Shown here piece by piece: positions 52,599-64,000 of a DNA stretch of 64,000 bases. A program made the position numbers and the translations under genes. The stretch's first letter is position 1. Each line of letters starts with the position of its first letter. The DNA is taken from NCBI GenBank assembly GCA_963514005.1, contig OY740790.1, positions 37,944,001 through 38,008,000 of the forward strand. Reading direction: 5' to 3'. This DNA is from Raja brachyura. Lineage: Eukaryota. A model generated the notes under the pieces. The model searched no databases. It was not told the DNA's origin and was given only the letters and a program-made list of their open reading frames with translations.

Positions 52599-53336
52599 AT
52601 GTCCTTGTTCTTCAGAGAACGGGGTTTCCCCTCCCCCACTATAGCTGAGGCTCACACCAGGGTCTCCTCCATACCCCGCAACACTGCCCTCTCTCCCCAT
52701 TCCCCCACTCACATCAAGGGCCGAGTCCCCCTGGTCCTCACCTTTCACCCCACCAGCCAGCGCATACAACAGATAGTCCGCCAGTTTCGCCACCTCCAAT
52801 GTGACCCCACCACTCGCCACATCTTCTCATCTTCCCCCCTGCCTGCCTTCCACAAAGACCGCTCCCTCCGCAACTCCCTTGTCAATTCTTCCCTTCCCTC
52901 CTGCTCCACCCCTTCCCCGGGCACTTTCCCTTGCAACCGCAAGAGATGCTACACTTGTCCCTTCACCTCCCCCATCCACTCCTTTCAGGGACCCAAGCAG
53001 TCATTCCAAGTCCGACAGAGGTTCACCTGCACCTCCTCCAACCTCATCTACTGCATCCGTTGCTCCAGATGCCAGCTGATCTACATAGGTGAGACCAAGC
53101 AGAGGCTGGGCGATCGTTTCGCCGAACACCTCCGCTCGGTCCGCAATAACCAACCCGACCTCCCGGTGGCTCAGCACTTCAACTCCCCCTCCCATTCCGT
53201 ATCCGACCTCTCGGTCCTGGGCCTCCTCCACGGCCAGAGTGAGCAACACCGCAAGTTGGAGGAGCAGCACCTCCTATTCCGCTTGGGGAGTCTGCATCCT
53301 CTGGGCTTAAACATTGAATTTTCTCAATTCTGTTAA
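52599..53336 (+). pseudogene. Penelope ORF C-terminus: RT thumb end, Cys-rich linker and GIY-YIG endonuclease
   Basis: 'FRERGFP', 'PLVLTFHP', linker 'PCNRKRCYTC', GIY-YIG-type 'NLIYCIRC..C..IYIGET...L..RF.EH' and terminal 'P.GLN'. The frame is uninterrupted but the RT core is absent. Confidence 0.92.
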
Positions 53337-53580
53337 CCCAGACTGTCCCCTCCCCTCCCCACCTCCCCACCTCTCCCTCAGCCCTCGGGCCCTGACATTC
53401 CTTCTCCATCTCCCCCCCCCCCCCCCCCACCCCAGTCGCACTAGCTTCTCATTTTCACACCACAAACAGCTCACAATGGCCTGTTTCCTTTATCATCAAT
53501 ACTTTTTTGCATATCTTTCATTCATTGTTCTTTATCTCTCCACATCACTGTTTATATCTCTCGTTTCCCTGATCCCTGAC

Positions 53581-53616
53581 CAGTCTGAAGAAGGGTCTCG
53601 ACCCGAAACGTCGCCT
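53581..53616 (+). ncRNA. Minimal type I hammerhead ribozyme motif, intact core
   Basis: CTGAAGA (53585-53591), extra A, GGGTC-TC-GACCC (53593-53604), GAAA (53605-53608), CGTC; predicted cleavage after 53612. Confidence 0.72.
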
Positions 53617-54947
53617 ATCTCCTTCGCTCCTTAGATGCTGCTGCACCCGCTGAGTTTCTCCAGCTTTTTGTGTAACCCCCGTGCTCTTTATGCACTTCAT
53701 TTCACTTATTCCATATATTTATTAGACATTGTTTATATTTTGACACTGGATGGCAACAGTGGTGTTTTAATTGAGATAATACAACTCACTGCCGTATTGG
53801 TGTAAGTTGAGTGCAACTTTTATAAGACAGGACAACCTATAACATATGTGAAGGTTTTAAAAACAATTCTGAATGCATGTCGAGCTTAATCAGCATATGA
53901 GAGGCAGACTTCTGCCTCCCACAGTTATTTTCAAATCTATCCCTCAATATGGAGCTCAACACAGTTTCCTGGTAAGTTGATTTGTCCAAGATGACTGTTC
54001 CCATTGGAGGCTCTTGGTTGGCCAGGGTTCAAAAGCTGTAATATGTTCAGAAATATTTTGTACAAACAATTTAAAAAAAAGTAGGATGGTATATATTTTG
54101 ATGGCTTGAGTGCAGAAGACCTGGACAGAACTTGGAAATCTGCTTTTCGGATTACTTGAGAAAATGTAAAATATTATCAAACAGTGAAAGCAAATTCAAA
54201 TATCTACAAGGAAGCAATGCAAGCCAGCCACATTGAATTGTAAGTGTCTGTTAGTTTCAGTAAATTGAGCAAGGTTTTTCTATGCTTTGGCTGTGCATGA
54301 ACGTCGGCTATCATCCCTGTTGTACATGAAGATCTGAACTAAAATTAACAAAATACCACTTAGTTTCTTTACAAGAGCACATATGGCCTTAGAAATCAAG
54401 TCTCCGGGATAATAAGGACTAAATAATGCAATAGCTTTGTGGAATCTAAATTGAGAACTTCAAAAGCACATAAATGCTTTCAATTATTGACATTCCGTAT
54501 TTTTTTTATACTGAATCCGTTAATAAGACTGAAGTACGTACTTTTATATGTTCAAATAAGTTAAACAGAGTGGTGCTTATGATGCTGCCTTTCCCATTCA
54601 AATTACATAGTCAAGGATATCTTATTGAAATAGCTATTTTAATAGATGCTTGCTCATCCTCCCATCAGGTTGTGCAATTTCAAGTCTATCCACTGATGCT
54701 TATTAAATGAATACTATTACAATATTGTAATCACCCCCACAAGATGAGACTTAAAGCATCTTTACATTTCAACTAAAAATTTGTTAAGATGGCACAAAAT
54801 TATTTCCTTTCTCAGCTGAGTAAATAATGGCATTTCCATGTCTTTAAGCAGACTGTATAGTCTTGTCTATTGGTACTAACTGTCCATTATCACAGAGAGA
54901 CTTCTATTTCCAAATGATGGTCCTAGAAACAGTACCAGGAAAGGCAA

Positions 54948-55081
54948 TGTGTGGGAAGGAACTGCAGATGCTGGTTTAAACTGAATATAGACACAAAAAG
55001 CTGGAGCAACTCAGCGGGACAGGCAGCATCTCTGGAGAGAAGGAATGGGTGATGTTTTGGGTCGAGACCCTTCTTCAGACT
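54948..55081 (-). mobile_element. Solo Penelope pLTR unit (134 bp, complete with tail)
   Basis: Runs from AGTCTGAAGA to ...ttcccacaca on the minus strand; core G12 mutated to A; possible 6-bp TSD aggcaa (54942-54947 and 55082-55087). Confidence 0.85.
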
Positions 55082-55877
55082 AGGCAAGGCATATAAGTGC
55101 TTGACATGGAAGATTTCTGAAGGTTCTAAATCGCCGTATGTGCCTCCTGATTAATATTCTCCATGTCAAGAGCGCTCTCAAATTTCCCTCTATGTCCCTT
55201 CTTCATTTTAAGTCGATAAAAGGCAACTGACATTTTGCATTTGCAGAAATCTTAGATGAAGGTTTCCATAAACTATGTGCATATATATACAATACGCACA
55301 CGTATGCACATTGATTGCAGTTGTTAACTAAGATCTAACTCAACACAGACTGAAATTTGAACCTTTTAACTTCTGCCCCCCTGAGTATGGTACCAGTGCT
55401 GTATTTGCTCATTGGACAAGCTGTTAAAAATTATTCAGTGTGGAACCTACCTAAATAGCTGACATATTTACATGATGTTTTTAAAACATTGTATTCCCGC
55501 ACAAATCCTTTTGAAAGTTTTGATCACATTTATGTGCAGTTTTATAATTTCCAGTACTCACAATTATAATGGAAAATGCCCTTGTAAATGTATGCTGCCT
55601 TCTCAATCTTCTACTAGCAATTCAAGGACTAGCTCTAGGACTTCTCTTTGATATTTCCCAAATTATTTTTGCTCTGTCCCCACTAATTTTAAATGTTTAA
55701 TAATTTGTCTACATAACTACACCCTGGTTCTAATCTTACGATGTTCCCAAAGGTGGAATGGGTGAGGGTGGGGGGGAGATACGTTGGTCTGGTGTGGGGG
55801 TACCTTTTCTCAAGTTTGTAAACAAAACTTTTAACTCTGCTGTTGGTACTGCAGAATATTCCATATAGTTTAATTAT

Positions 55878-56118
55878 AGGCAGTCCCTGGGTTACATAAG
55901 ATTTCCATTCCTGAGAACTGTCTGTAAACTGTTTTCTCTTTAAGTCAGAAACATCTGTTTATCATATCATTCTACATATACTTTTTAGGTAGAATATACA
56001 CTGTATCCAGTCTTTGTTGGATACGACAAAATAGTTTTTTAAATTCTTATTGCTTGCAGGAAAATTGCTTTAAAAATGTATGGGAGAATTTGTGTGTCAG
56101 ATCATCAGAGCCCCTGTA
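55878..56118. mobile_element. Possible decayed Tigger/MER-like MITE
   Basis: Left end ta|taggcagtccctgggttac and right end ...gcccctg|ta; the TIR match is weak. Confidence 0.35.
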
Positions 56119-56270
56119 ATTAAATCAGAATGCTTCTAAAATTATATTAATCTTTGTTATTTAACTACTAACACAATTAATTCAGATGGGTATTAAAATT
56201 AGAACAGCTTGTATGATTTTAAACTGTAGACTGAATGATGTGTTTTCCTGATTCATTATCCCCTTGTTTC

Positions 56271-56512
56271 TCGGTCACCTTTGTCATTTGGTCTGGAATT
56301 CGACTGAATCATCTCTTTCACATATTTAAGGTCTCAATCTCTGCCCATACTTTTACATTCTGAGTTAGACCATTTACAGTTATCATGTATACTTACTATT
56401 TAACTAAGGCATGGGGCAATTTCTGCTGTTTGAAGTTCTGGAGTGTCACAACTAGTAATTTTACAGTAATGAATTAACACAGGCAGTATGTGTTAGGCAA
56501 TATTCAATTTTT
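56271..56512 (+). repeat. 242-bp direct duplication, copy 1
   Basis: Matches 57344-57585 with 3 substitutions by eye. Confidence 0.97.
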
Positions 56513-57343
56513 TTTGTTAAGTTTTTTTATTAATTAGAAGCAATTACATAATTAAAAAAAGATACGTGTTCATTGTTGACATAATAAAAATCATTTTGTT
56601 CTTTGTAGCTATACATAATCAGCATTATTTATTATTACAGCATTATTTACAAGTTAATCCTTGCTTAATAATTGTGCTTCTATATTATTATTTTTTCCAT
56701 TTTTTATAAAGGTAGGAAATAGTGGAAAAAGATTAAACAAAAAAATATATATATATGAAAAAAGTTGGGAAAGAATGGAATATTCTACAGATTTTATATC
56801 GTTGGAGATATATCCGTATTTTATGAAATGTACTACTTCATCTATTCTTCGATTCTGGTTTCAGTCGGGTTCTCGTGCCGAACCAGTTTGCCCCTTCAAA
56901 TATTCAATAAATGGGGACCATATTTTTTTAAATAGTTCTTGTTTGTCCATTAAGACAAATCTTATTCTTTCCAAATATAGGGTCTCTGACATTTCTGTGG
57001 TCCACATTTTAATTGTGGGGATTATAGAGCCTTTCTAAAATTTTAATATTAATTTTTTCCCAATTATTAAACTATAATCAATAAAAATTCTTTGATTCGA
57101 AGTCATGAATTGATTTGATTCCGTTATTCCTAATATTATTAATTTTGAGTCAGGAGCCAGTTTGGTATTAACGACTTCTGAGATTATCTTAAAAATTTCC
57201 ATCCAAAAATTATTAATTTTTATACAACTTACGAATGAGTGCAATAGGTTAGCCTCTAACTGTTGACATTCATCACAAATAGGGGAAACACTTAGAAAAA
57301 TTCTATTCAGTTTTGTTTTTGAATAATGCAGTCTATGCAATTA
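56513..57343 (-). mobile_element. 5'-truncated L1-clade LINE (ORF2 C-terminus and 3' UTR)
   Basis: 'HRLHYSKTKLNRIF..VSPICDEC..LEANLLHSF.SC' ... 'WSPFIEYLK'; T-rich tail at the left end. Confidence 0.92.
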
Positions 57344-57585
57344 TCGGTCACCTTTGTCATTTGGTCTGGAATTCGATTGAATCATCTCTTTCACATATTT
57401 AAGGTCTCAATCTCTGCCCATACTTTTACATTCTGAGTTAGACCATTTACAGTTATCATGTACACTTACTATTTAACTAAGGCATGGGGCAATTTCTGCT
57501 GTTTGAAGTTCTGGAGTGTCACAACTAGTAATTTTACAGTAATGAATTAACGCAGGCAGTATGTGTTAGGCAATATTCAATTTTT
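57344..57585 (+). repeat. 242-bp direct duplication, copy 2
   Basis: Matches 56271-56512. Confidence 0.97.
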
Positions 57586-59036
57586 GATTGAATTTGGGAT
57601 TCACCCAAATTAATTGGTCCTTGTGCATGGGTCGGTAGAGTGCCCATCACAAAAAATGACAGGACCTTTTAAGAACTGCTTTCAGAGGAAAGTGGAAATC
57701 CCTAAATTACCTTATTATATATCCCATATCCTCACACTGTGATATTTTCAGCATTATCCATTGCAATGAGATCATTTACATTTATTAGTATTGATCATGT
57801 TTGCAAACTAGTCCCCCTGTTAAATATTTCATAAATCCAGATTTTGAAGGGCAGATCATTTAAAATTATAAATTTAAATAAATAGGTTAATTATTTTTCC
57901 GTTGTGTTTCTTTTAATGCCTTAATTATATGTATGTGTTCTGATCTCTATGTAACACTCTGCAGAGGTTTCAAAGATATTTACAACTTTGTTTCTTCATG
58001 GTATGCTGGCTCTGAGAATTCAGAGAAGATCCGCTGCTTGATGACATCAGAGTTGCTGGACACCACAAATCCTTTTGAACTGATGCCAGACAGCAGCAAG
58101 CATCAGTTTCTGAGAAGTTGTCACCAAGGAATTCCTGGATCTTTGTGGGGAGCCTTTTCCACGACCAGTAGTGAGCATAGTTTCATAGTCAGTGGTAGTC
58201 GGGTCAAACAAAGTCGAGTGTTTCAATTGCAGAAGATGAGACACCAAGTCGCGCGAATGCAACTTTGTTTTCCTTCATACCTTATTGTTTCAAAACACTG
58301 AGAAAGTAAGAGAAATTGTTGTTCCAACAAAACTGGGTGGGTTGGAGGTGGGGAAATTGGGTGGGTGTGGGTGGTCTGCCACTTGAAGCTATTTGTATTA
58401 ATCATTGATGCAGAGTCCCAGTTGGAACTAACATGTTTATACAACACAAAACTGAAGAGTAAATGAGACCCACCTGGGAGTGGAGCTGATTCCCATGTGT
58501 ACCGGTATCTGTTGAAGCTTCGGGAGTCATTACACAAAAGGAGCTGTGATATAATCCTCCTCTTGAAACAAGGTACCTATACTTAAACAGAAGTCTCTGT
58601 CAACCAGTGAAAGCAGTCAGAAACTGGAACAAGCAACAACTAAAAGCAGCCGACTATCCCCAGCATTGTCTATTTTTTACAGGTTTCCAGTATCAGCAGG
58701 ATTTTTTTTGCTTTTCAAAAAGCAGTAGGTTGCCTAAATGAACAACAACATTTATTGCATACATTAAGAGGGATTCTTTGGAATTACGGTATAGATCACA
58801 ACAATTTTCTTTGGTGAATCAGGAGCTTCCTTCCTTTATGAATTGCAGATTGCAACTGGTTATAAACATCATAGACATTTAAAAAGTGGTTGACACGTAT
58901 CCAGGTTAATGCAGCATAATATTGAAGGAAAACTCATAAAGATTGCTGTATTTCTTGGACAGTTAATTTTTTTTTAACAGAATAAGTTAATAAGTCTTTT
59001 GATGGCTCACAATTTGTACATGTGGAGGGAGGATAA

Positions 59037-59241
59037 TGCCCCTGTCCCACTTAGGAAACCTGAACAGAAACCTCTGGGGACTTCGCGCCCCACCCAAGGT
59101 TTCCATGTGGTTCCCAGAGGTTTTTGTCAATCTCCCTAATGGTCGAAACTGCCAAAAACCTCCGGGAACCGCATGGAAACCTTGGGTTGGGCACAAAGTT
59201 CCAGAGGTTTCCGTTCAGGTTTCCTAAGTGGGACAGAGGAA
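59037..59241. mobile_element. PIF/Harbinger-type MITE, largely palindromic
   Basis: TIRs ctgtcccacttaggaaacctgaacRgaaacctctgg with its reverse complement at the right end; TAA at 59034-59036 and 59242-59244; inner IR cccaaggtttccatg / catggaaaccttggg. Confidence 0.88.
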
Positions 59242-62200
59242 TAAAGAAAATTGATGAGAAACGTAATCCCCAACGAACATAGTGGTAAAGCAGGTAGAAA
59301 ACTGATGTTGGTATCAAAGTAATTGGAGACAATTCTTTTCCATTCTGAAATATTGTGGCATGATTTTGTAGCTTCTTATTGCAAAGCCTTGCTAAGATTG
59401 AAGGATCGTTGAATTATTGCAGAACTCGTACTTATTTGAAGGCTGATTCCAGATGCAGAGCATGACATGGAGTTTTGCTTTATTACCCTTTACACAGCCA
59501 TAGTTCCAGACATCAGCTCAAAGTGTAACAATTATTTTATTCATTTCTTTAATAGCTCAAGAAAGGCTTCCTACGGAATGAAGACTCAACGATAATTTAT
59601 TTCCTCTAATGAATGATCAGATCATTGAGACAAATGATAAATTATTCATGCAGATGGCTACTTGCTTGTGAGGGAAACACTGAAAGTTTTTCCTAAGTGC
59701 ATTTATATGCCGAACTAGTGATTAAATAATAAACCAGCAGTGGATAAAACCAGCAATTTAAAAAGACGAGCAGTGGAACTCTTCTTTTCCATAGATTTTG
59801 TTTTATATTTTAGGTGTGAGAGATAACCTAGTCCCAACCGATTTCTAACTATTTTTTCATCAAAAAAAATCCAGACAAGGAATGCAGTCTTATTATTTCC
59901 TTTCATTGTGAAATTGCTGTTCAAAATTGCTGAAAAATGCAGATTTCAACAATACAAACCTGGTTTTGGAGTTTCATTTTCCTGAAAGAAAGTCATCTCA
60001 CTGAATGTGAGGAACTATAAAACATTTAATCTTTAATCCTAAGTTGGTCAACTAGAATTGGTAGTTGATGGCAAATGATGCCGACTATATTTTAACACGC
60101 AGAGTTGAAATGATGAAAATATCGTATGCATGATGCCAAAATACGTTAATTTACATAGTTTACAGGCAATGACACATTCTGTGAGATAGAAATGTTTTAA
60201 ATCGCATTGATGAAAGTGCATGAGTAAAGGTGATGTAATTATTAATTTTGTGAGGAACAGCAATAAATGTCTACCTGCATATTTATGTCCACCCTCTACA
60301 TATGCAATGCAGCAAAAGATTAACTGAGCTACTTTTGCATTGCTGTAGAATTTAACAGGCTATAAATTATGATCTAAATTTAGAGAGCTAATTGCAATTT
60401 ACTTGATTCCATTAAAGTTATAATTCATGAAATGTTTTAATGTTTCTCTAAAACAATGAGTCATAGGTGAAAAGGCAAATTGGTTAAGTTGAATGGCTCT
60501 ATAGTTCTTAAAGTATGGCAGTGGAAAGTACCAGAATACTTCATATTTTGTTCTGAGGGATAACGAAAAGTTATGACTGCAGTCTTCAACTAGTTTAAAT
60601 GTGTGGATGGAAACAAAAAACAGCTCATTATGTGTCATGTGTTTCAGTGTTCTTCCCTTTTAACTAAATATGCAAAAGGACTGTTTCTTCAGGTAAAGTG
60701 GACAATAGGCAGGAAAGATTCACAAGTCAAGCAGCTGGTTTATCCGCCACCCCTATCCCCCTTTATGCATGGACAATACTATAACGATCAATTGAACCAA
60801 ATGTGCAAAGGTAAACATTGTCGATAGCCTATACTTAAGCATTTACTGCTAGCAACCAAAGGCTAATTTCTCTCCACAATTTCTTTGTATAGGCTACTTT
60901 TGAAGCCATTAGCTCTCTCTCATTCTGGTAAAAGCCTGAATATTTTTCAGAAGCTAAATGATTGTCTTGTAAACTTTTCTCACTTTCTGAGTTCTTTATT
61001 CGGTCCCTACATTTTTGTATTGGTATATTATATTGGTATCAGTTTTGCTTAGTTTTTGGATGTAAACTTATGGTTTAACAGAGAGCGATTTTGAGCAAAG
61101 GAAATTTGGTCCTATAATATAATCTATGCTTCCTGAGGTGCATAATACATATGGTAATCCAATTTTCAATATCTTCCCTATTTTAGGTTAATATAATGAA
61201 AGTTCATCAGTTTTAATGTGAAAAGAAAAGACAATAAACACAATTTTAGTTCATATGAATAGCCATTCATCAATTTACACAAAGAATGCATCTCTGGAAA
61301 ACATTTTGTTAAATGATAGTCTGTAAATCAAAAAAGATTGGATGAAATGCAATGCTGTAGTGTATTCCCATGCATGGAGAGTTGTGTGCTATTTATTATA
61401 GAAAGAAAACAGCCTCATAAATGGAAGAAGCATCCCAGCGAATCAATAGCACTATTGCAAAAATTCATAAATTGAACATACATAAATCAAAGATTTACGT
61501 TGTTTCCATTAACTCTCAAAATGTGAACACGAAAAGTTATTCTCTGTTATATGTTTGCACGTGGTTGTCTTGTTTGGAGACTGCCTGCCCCACAAAACTT
61601 TCTGAAAAATTTCCAGTATTCATCGTCCACGAGAATTTTATGCCATTCCACCCCATTTAAAAAAAAGTATTGCGCCCTTGATTCAAACACTTTCTGTCAT
61701 TCATACAGGTTAAGTGGTTTATTAGCTGTTGGAAAAGTGTTCATTAATTCAAGGGCATCATTACTGAGTTTTTTGTTTTGGCATCAATTTTGCTCAGAAT
61801 GATCTTGTTTAACATTTTATTTTGCGATTTGAACATTAAAACATTTTGACTGTAAAGCATTAACCATTTTAATACCGAGAACCAGATAAAACTTTACACT
61901 TTGAATTGATCATTTTCCGTTGATTTTGGATTTAATGAAGGACTTGTGTTGGTATTTCACATCTGAGGTAATTTAATAGCATAGAGTATGTTAGCAAGTG
62001 AACTGTACAAATGAACAATGTAGCATATTTGTATCAATTAATATAGGATCAACAATTGCACAATAAGATTGAAGTACTCATCAGTTGTTGATCTCTGGCA
62101 CAAAGCTGCTTCCAATGATTTTGTATTTTGCATTTTCAGAGTAATTCTGCAAAATGGAATTCGACAACATTCCCCTTTCAGGGAGACTGTTTTTCATCTT

Positions 62201-62344
62201 TTATTGAAGATCAGCTGGGAGTCGATGTTGTAACAATGAAAACTATTTTTTTCCTTTGAATAATGGTCCTTTCAGTGGCAGGTTATTTGAAGCCAAAATG
62301 AGGGCTTGCCAAGGTCAATATTTGTAAAGATGATACTGGATGTA

Positions 62345-63320
62345 CTGAAATAGCAGGAACAGAAAGCATTGGAAATACTCAACAGGCCAAGCTGCATCTG
62401 TAGAGAGATTAACTGAGTTAATATTAAAGGTCAATGACTTTTCACCAGTACAGGGATAAGTGCTAAAAATACATTTTTGGTTGCAGAGAAAAGGGAGGGG
62501 TAAAGAGAATAAAGGGATTGTTATTGATAGACTGGAGTCCTTCAACAAGGTACTTTACCTTGCCCTTTTACCTCTTTCCTTGCCACCGTCCAGGAACCCA
62601 AACATTTCTTCCATATGAACTCGATAATCATTTTTAATTATTTCAATTTAATGCTCACAATTAACCAAATACAAATTGGGTGAGTGCTTGGCAGAATGTC
62701 TTTGTTCAGTTGGTAAGGTAACTCTGAGCTTCATTTCTCCATCCCACTTGCACTTTGAACTCTGGGTCTTAGACTTCCCACACAGTTCCAACAAAGCCCA
62801 ACAGAAATTCAAGGAACGTTGTCTCATCTTCCTTCTAGACATCCTACCGTTGTCAGGATTCAAAATTGACTCCAGTGATTTTAGATAACCAATCTTTACA
62901 GTTTGTGTCAGAACTAGCCAGTTTTGATGTTAATCAGCAACCTGTAACGTTACTTCAGTTTTTCTCTCGCAATAGAGGTAACCTGGCATGCCGAGTTCTT
63001 AAGCATTCAATTTTGTTTTGGATATCTCGCAAAGGCTGTGTTATGCATCTCACCGATCCAACATTTGTTTTACTCCATCTGTCATTTTTGACCCTATATT
63101 TATACATCTCCCAGACTGATCAACCATGATTAATGTTTTCATCATTCTGTCCCAGATATTCCCTTTATTCTTTATGCAAATATGTTTAATTTCTCATGTT
63201 TCCTTGTTCCAATAAAATATTATTGACCTGGAATGTTAATTCTATTTCTCTCCCTGTAGAAGCCTGACATGTTGTATATTTTAATCATATTCAGTTTTAA
63301 TTTTAGATTGCCAGCATCTA
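62345..63320. mobile_element. Ancient Penelope-like remnant: inverted pLTR, decayed GIY-YIG region and 3' pLTR
   Basis: ORF 62676-62888 'LGECLAECLCSV...AQQKFKERCLIFLLDILPLSGFKIDSSDFR' aligns by eye with the C-terminus of 52566-53336. pLTR-like relics lie at about 62350-62455 (-) and 63200-63320 (+). Confidence 0.6.
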
Positions 63321-64000
63321 GAATGGCCATTATGAAACAAAATTCTTCCAGATTTTGCACAAGCCCATAAAGTACCTACGTTCCTTCAGTAGAGCATAAT
63401 GTGAGGATCAGCCAAATGTATTTTGTACAGCAATCATTCTTCAGATAAAGCAGCTTGAAACTTGCTGACCTGTATTAAACCTGTTAAATCTGTTTTAGAT
63501 CGTTCAGTATCACTTTACTTATAACTACACGATCAGCTTAAATGACTTCAATTGATTTGGTTCAAAGATTTTCACAATATCTCAAAATTTCTTCTAATCA
63601 TTGTTTCCTTTTACTTTATGATCCTTCAATGCTTAAATCATTGAGCTTAAAGCAGCAAATCCTCTTTCAATATATTTTGGTGATAGTAAATTGAGTATTT
63701 TATAAATGAGCGTGAAAAATTTAGAACTGGGAAATAAAATTGCATCCATAGTGTAAAAGTAAATAAATACTGAAAATGCACAGAAGACCCATTCGCATCT
63801 GAAATGGAAAAACAGGTTAACATTTCTGATCTATTGTTCATCAGAATATTTCTGCTTATTATCCAAAGCTACTATGTTATTTATGATCATGGTGCAGTGC
63901 TTGGGCAGTGCATGAGTCACCTATTCCGATCTGCAGCACTGGCTTCAATCCAAACTGCATTTGCCCATATAACTGAGATCTTGTCGCATTGAAGCAATTG

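Larger units (their letters stand above)
52582..53680 (+). mobile_element. 5'-truncated Penelope-like element (Neptune-type) with pLTR and 14-bp TSD
   Basis: gtgctctttMtgca at 52568-52581 and 53681-53694 (one mismatch); open ORF, pyrimidine-rich 3' UTR and hammerhead-bearing pLTR. Confidence 0.93.

Noticed and set aside
56271-57585. Interpretation as an LTR retrotransposon or TRIM
   Set aside because: The repeats lack TG...CA ends, a PBS and a PPT, and the interior is an L1 3' fragment with a poly-A tail.
57933-58301. 122-aa ORF in unique, moderately GC-rich sequence
   Set aside because: No recognisable protein motif or convincing splice pair. It could not be supported, though a BLASTX would be a cheap check.
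1-64000. CRISPR arrays, rRNA, true tRNA genes or prokaryotic operons
   Set aside because: No regularly spaced repeat-spacer array was seen, the tRNA-like boxes belong to decayed SINE heads, and the sequence is vertebrate non-coding DNA.

Overview
AT-rich, non-coding vertebrate DNA. The repeat repertoire (Penelope pseudo-LTR units, V-SINE/HE1-like SINEs, CR1, Rex/Babar and fish-type L1 LINEs) points to a cartilaginous fish, probably a skate or ray; this is an inference. I could not confidently identify any host protein-coding exon, so this is probably a large intron or gene desert. All long ORFs are retroelement or transposon fragments: three L1-clade insertions, Neptune-type Penelope GIY-YIG fragments, CR1 and Rex/Babar remnants, and a decayed IR/DR Tc1. 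There are also three PIF/Harbinger-type MITEs and a non-autonomous Helitron nested in a Tigger-like relic. The main highlight is about 10 copies of a ~135-nt Penelope-derived unit carrying a minimal hammerhead ribozyme motif (CUGANGA, stem II, GAAA, CGUC). Several copies are free-standing insertions with their own target-site duplications (TSDs), shared breakpoints and a fold-back architecture. Other highlights are an L1 flanked by a 242-bp duplication and an ~11-kb stretch almost free of recognisable TEs with enhancer-like motif clusters. Family assignments are by motif recognition only; no searches were run.
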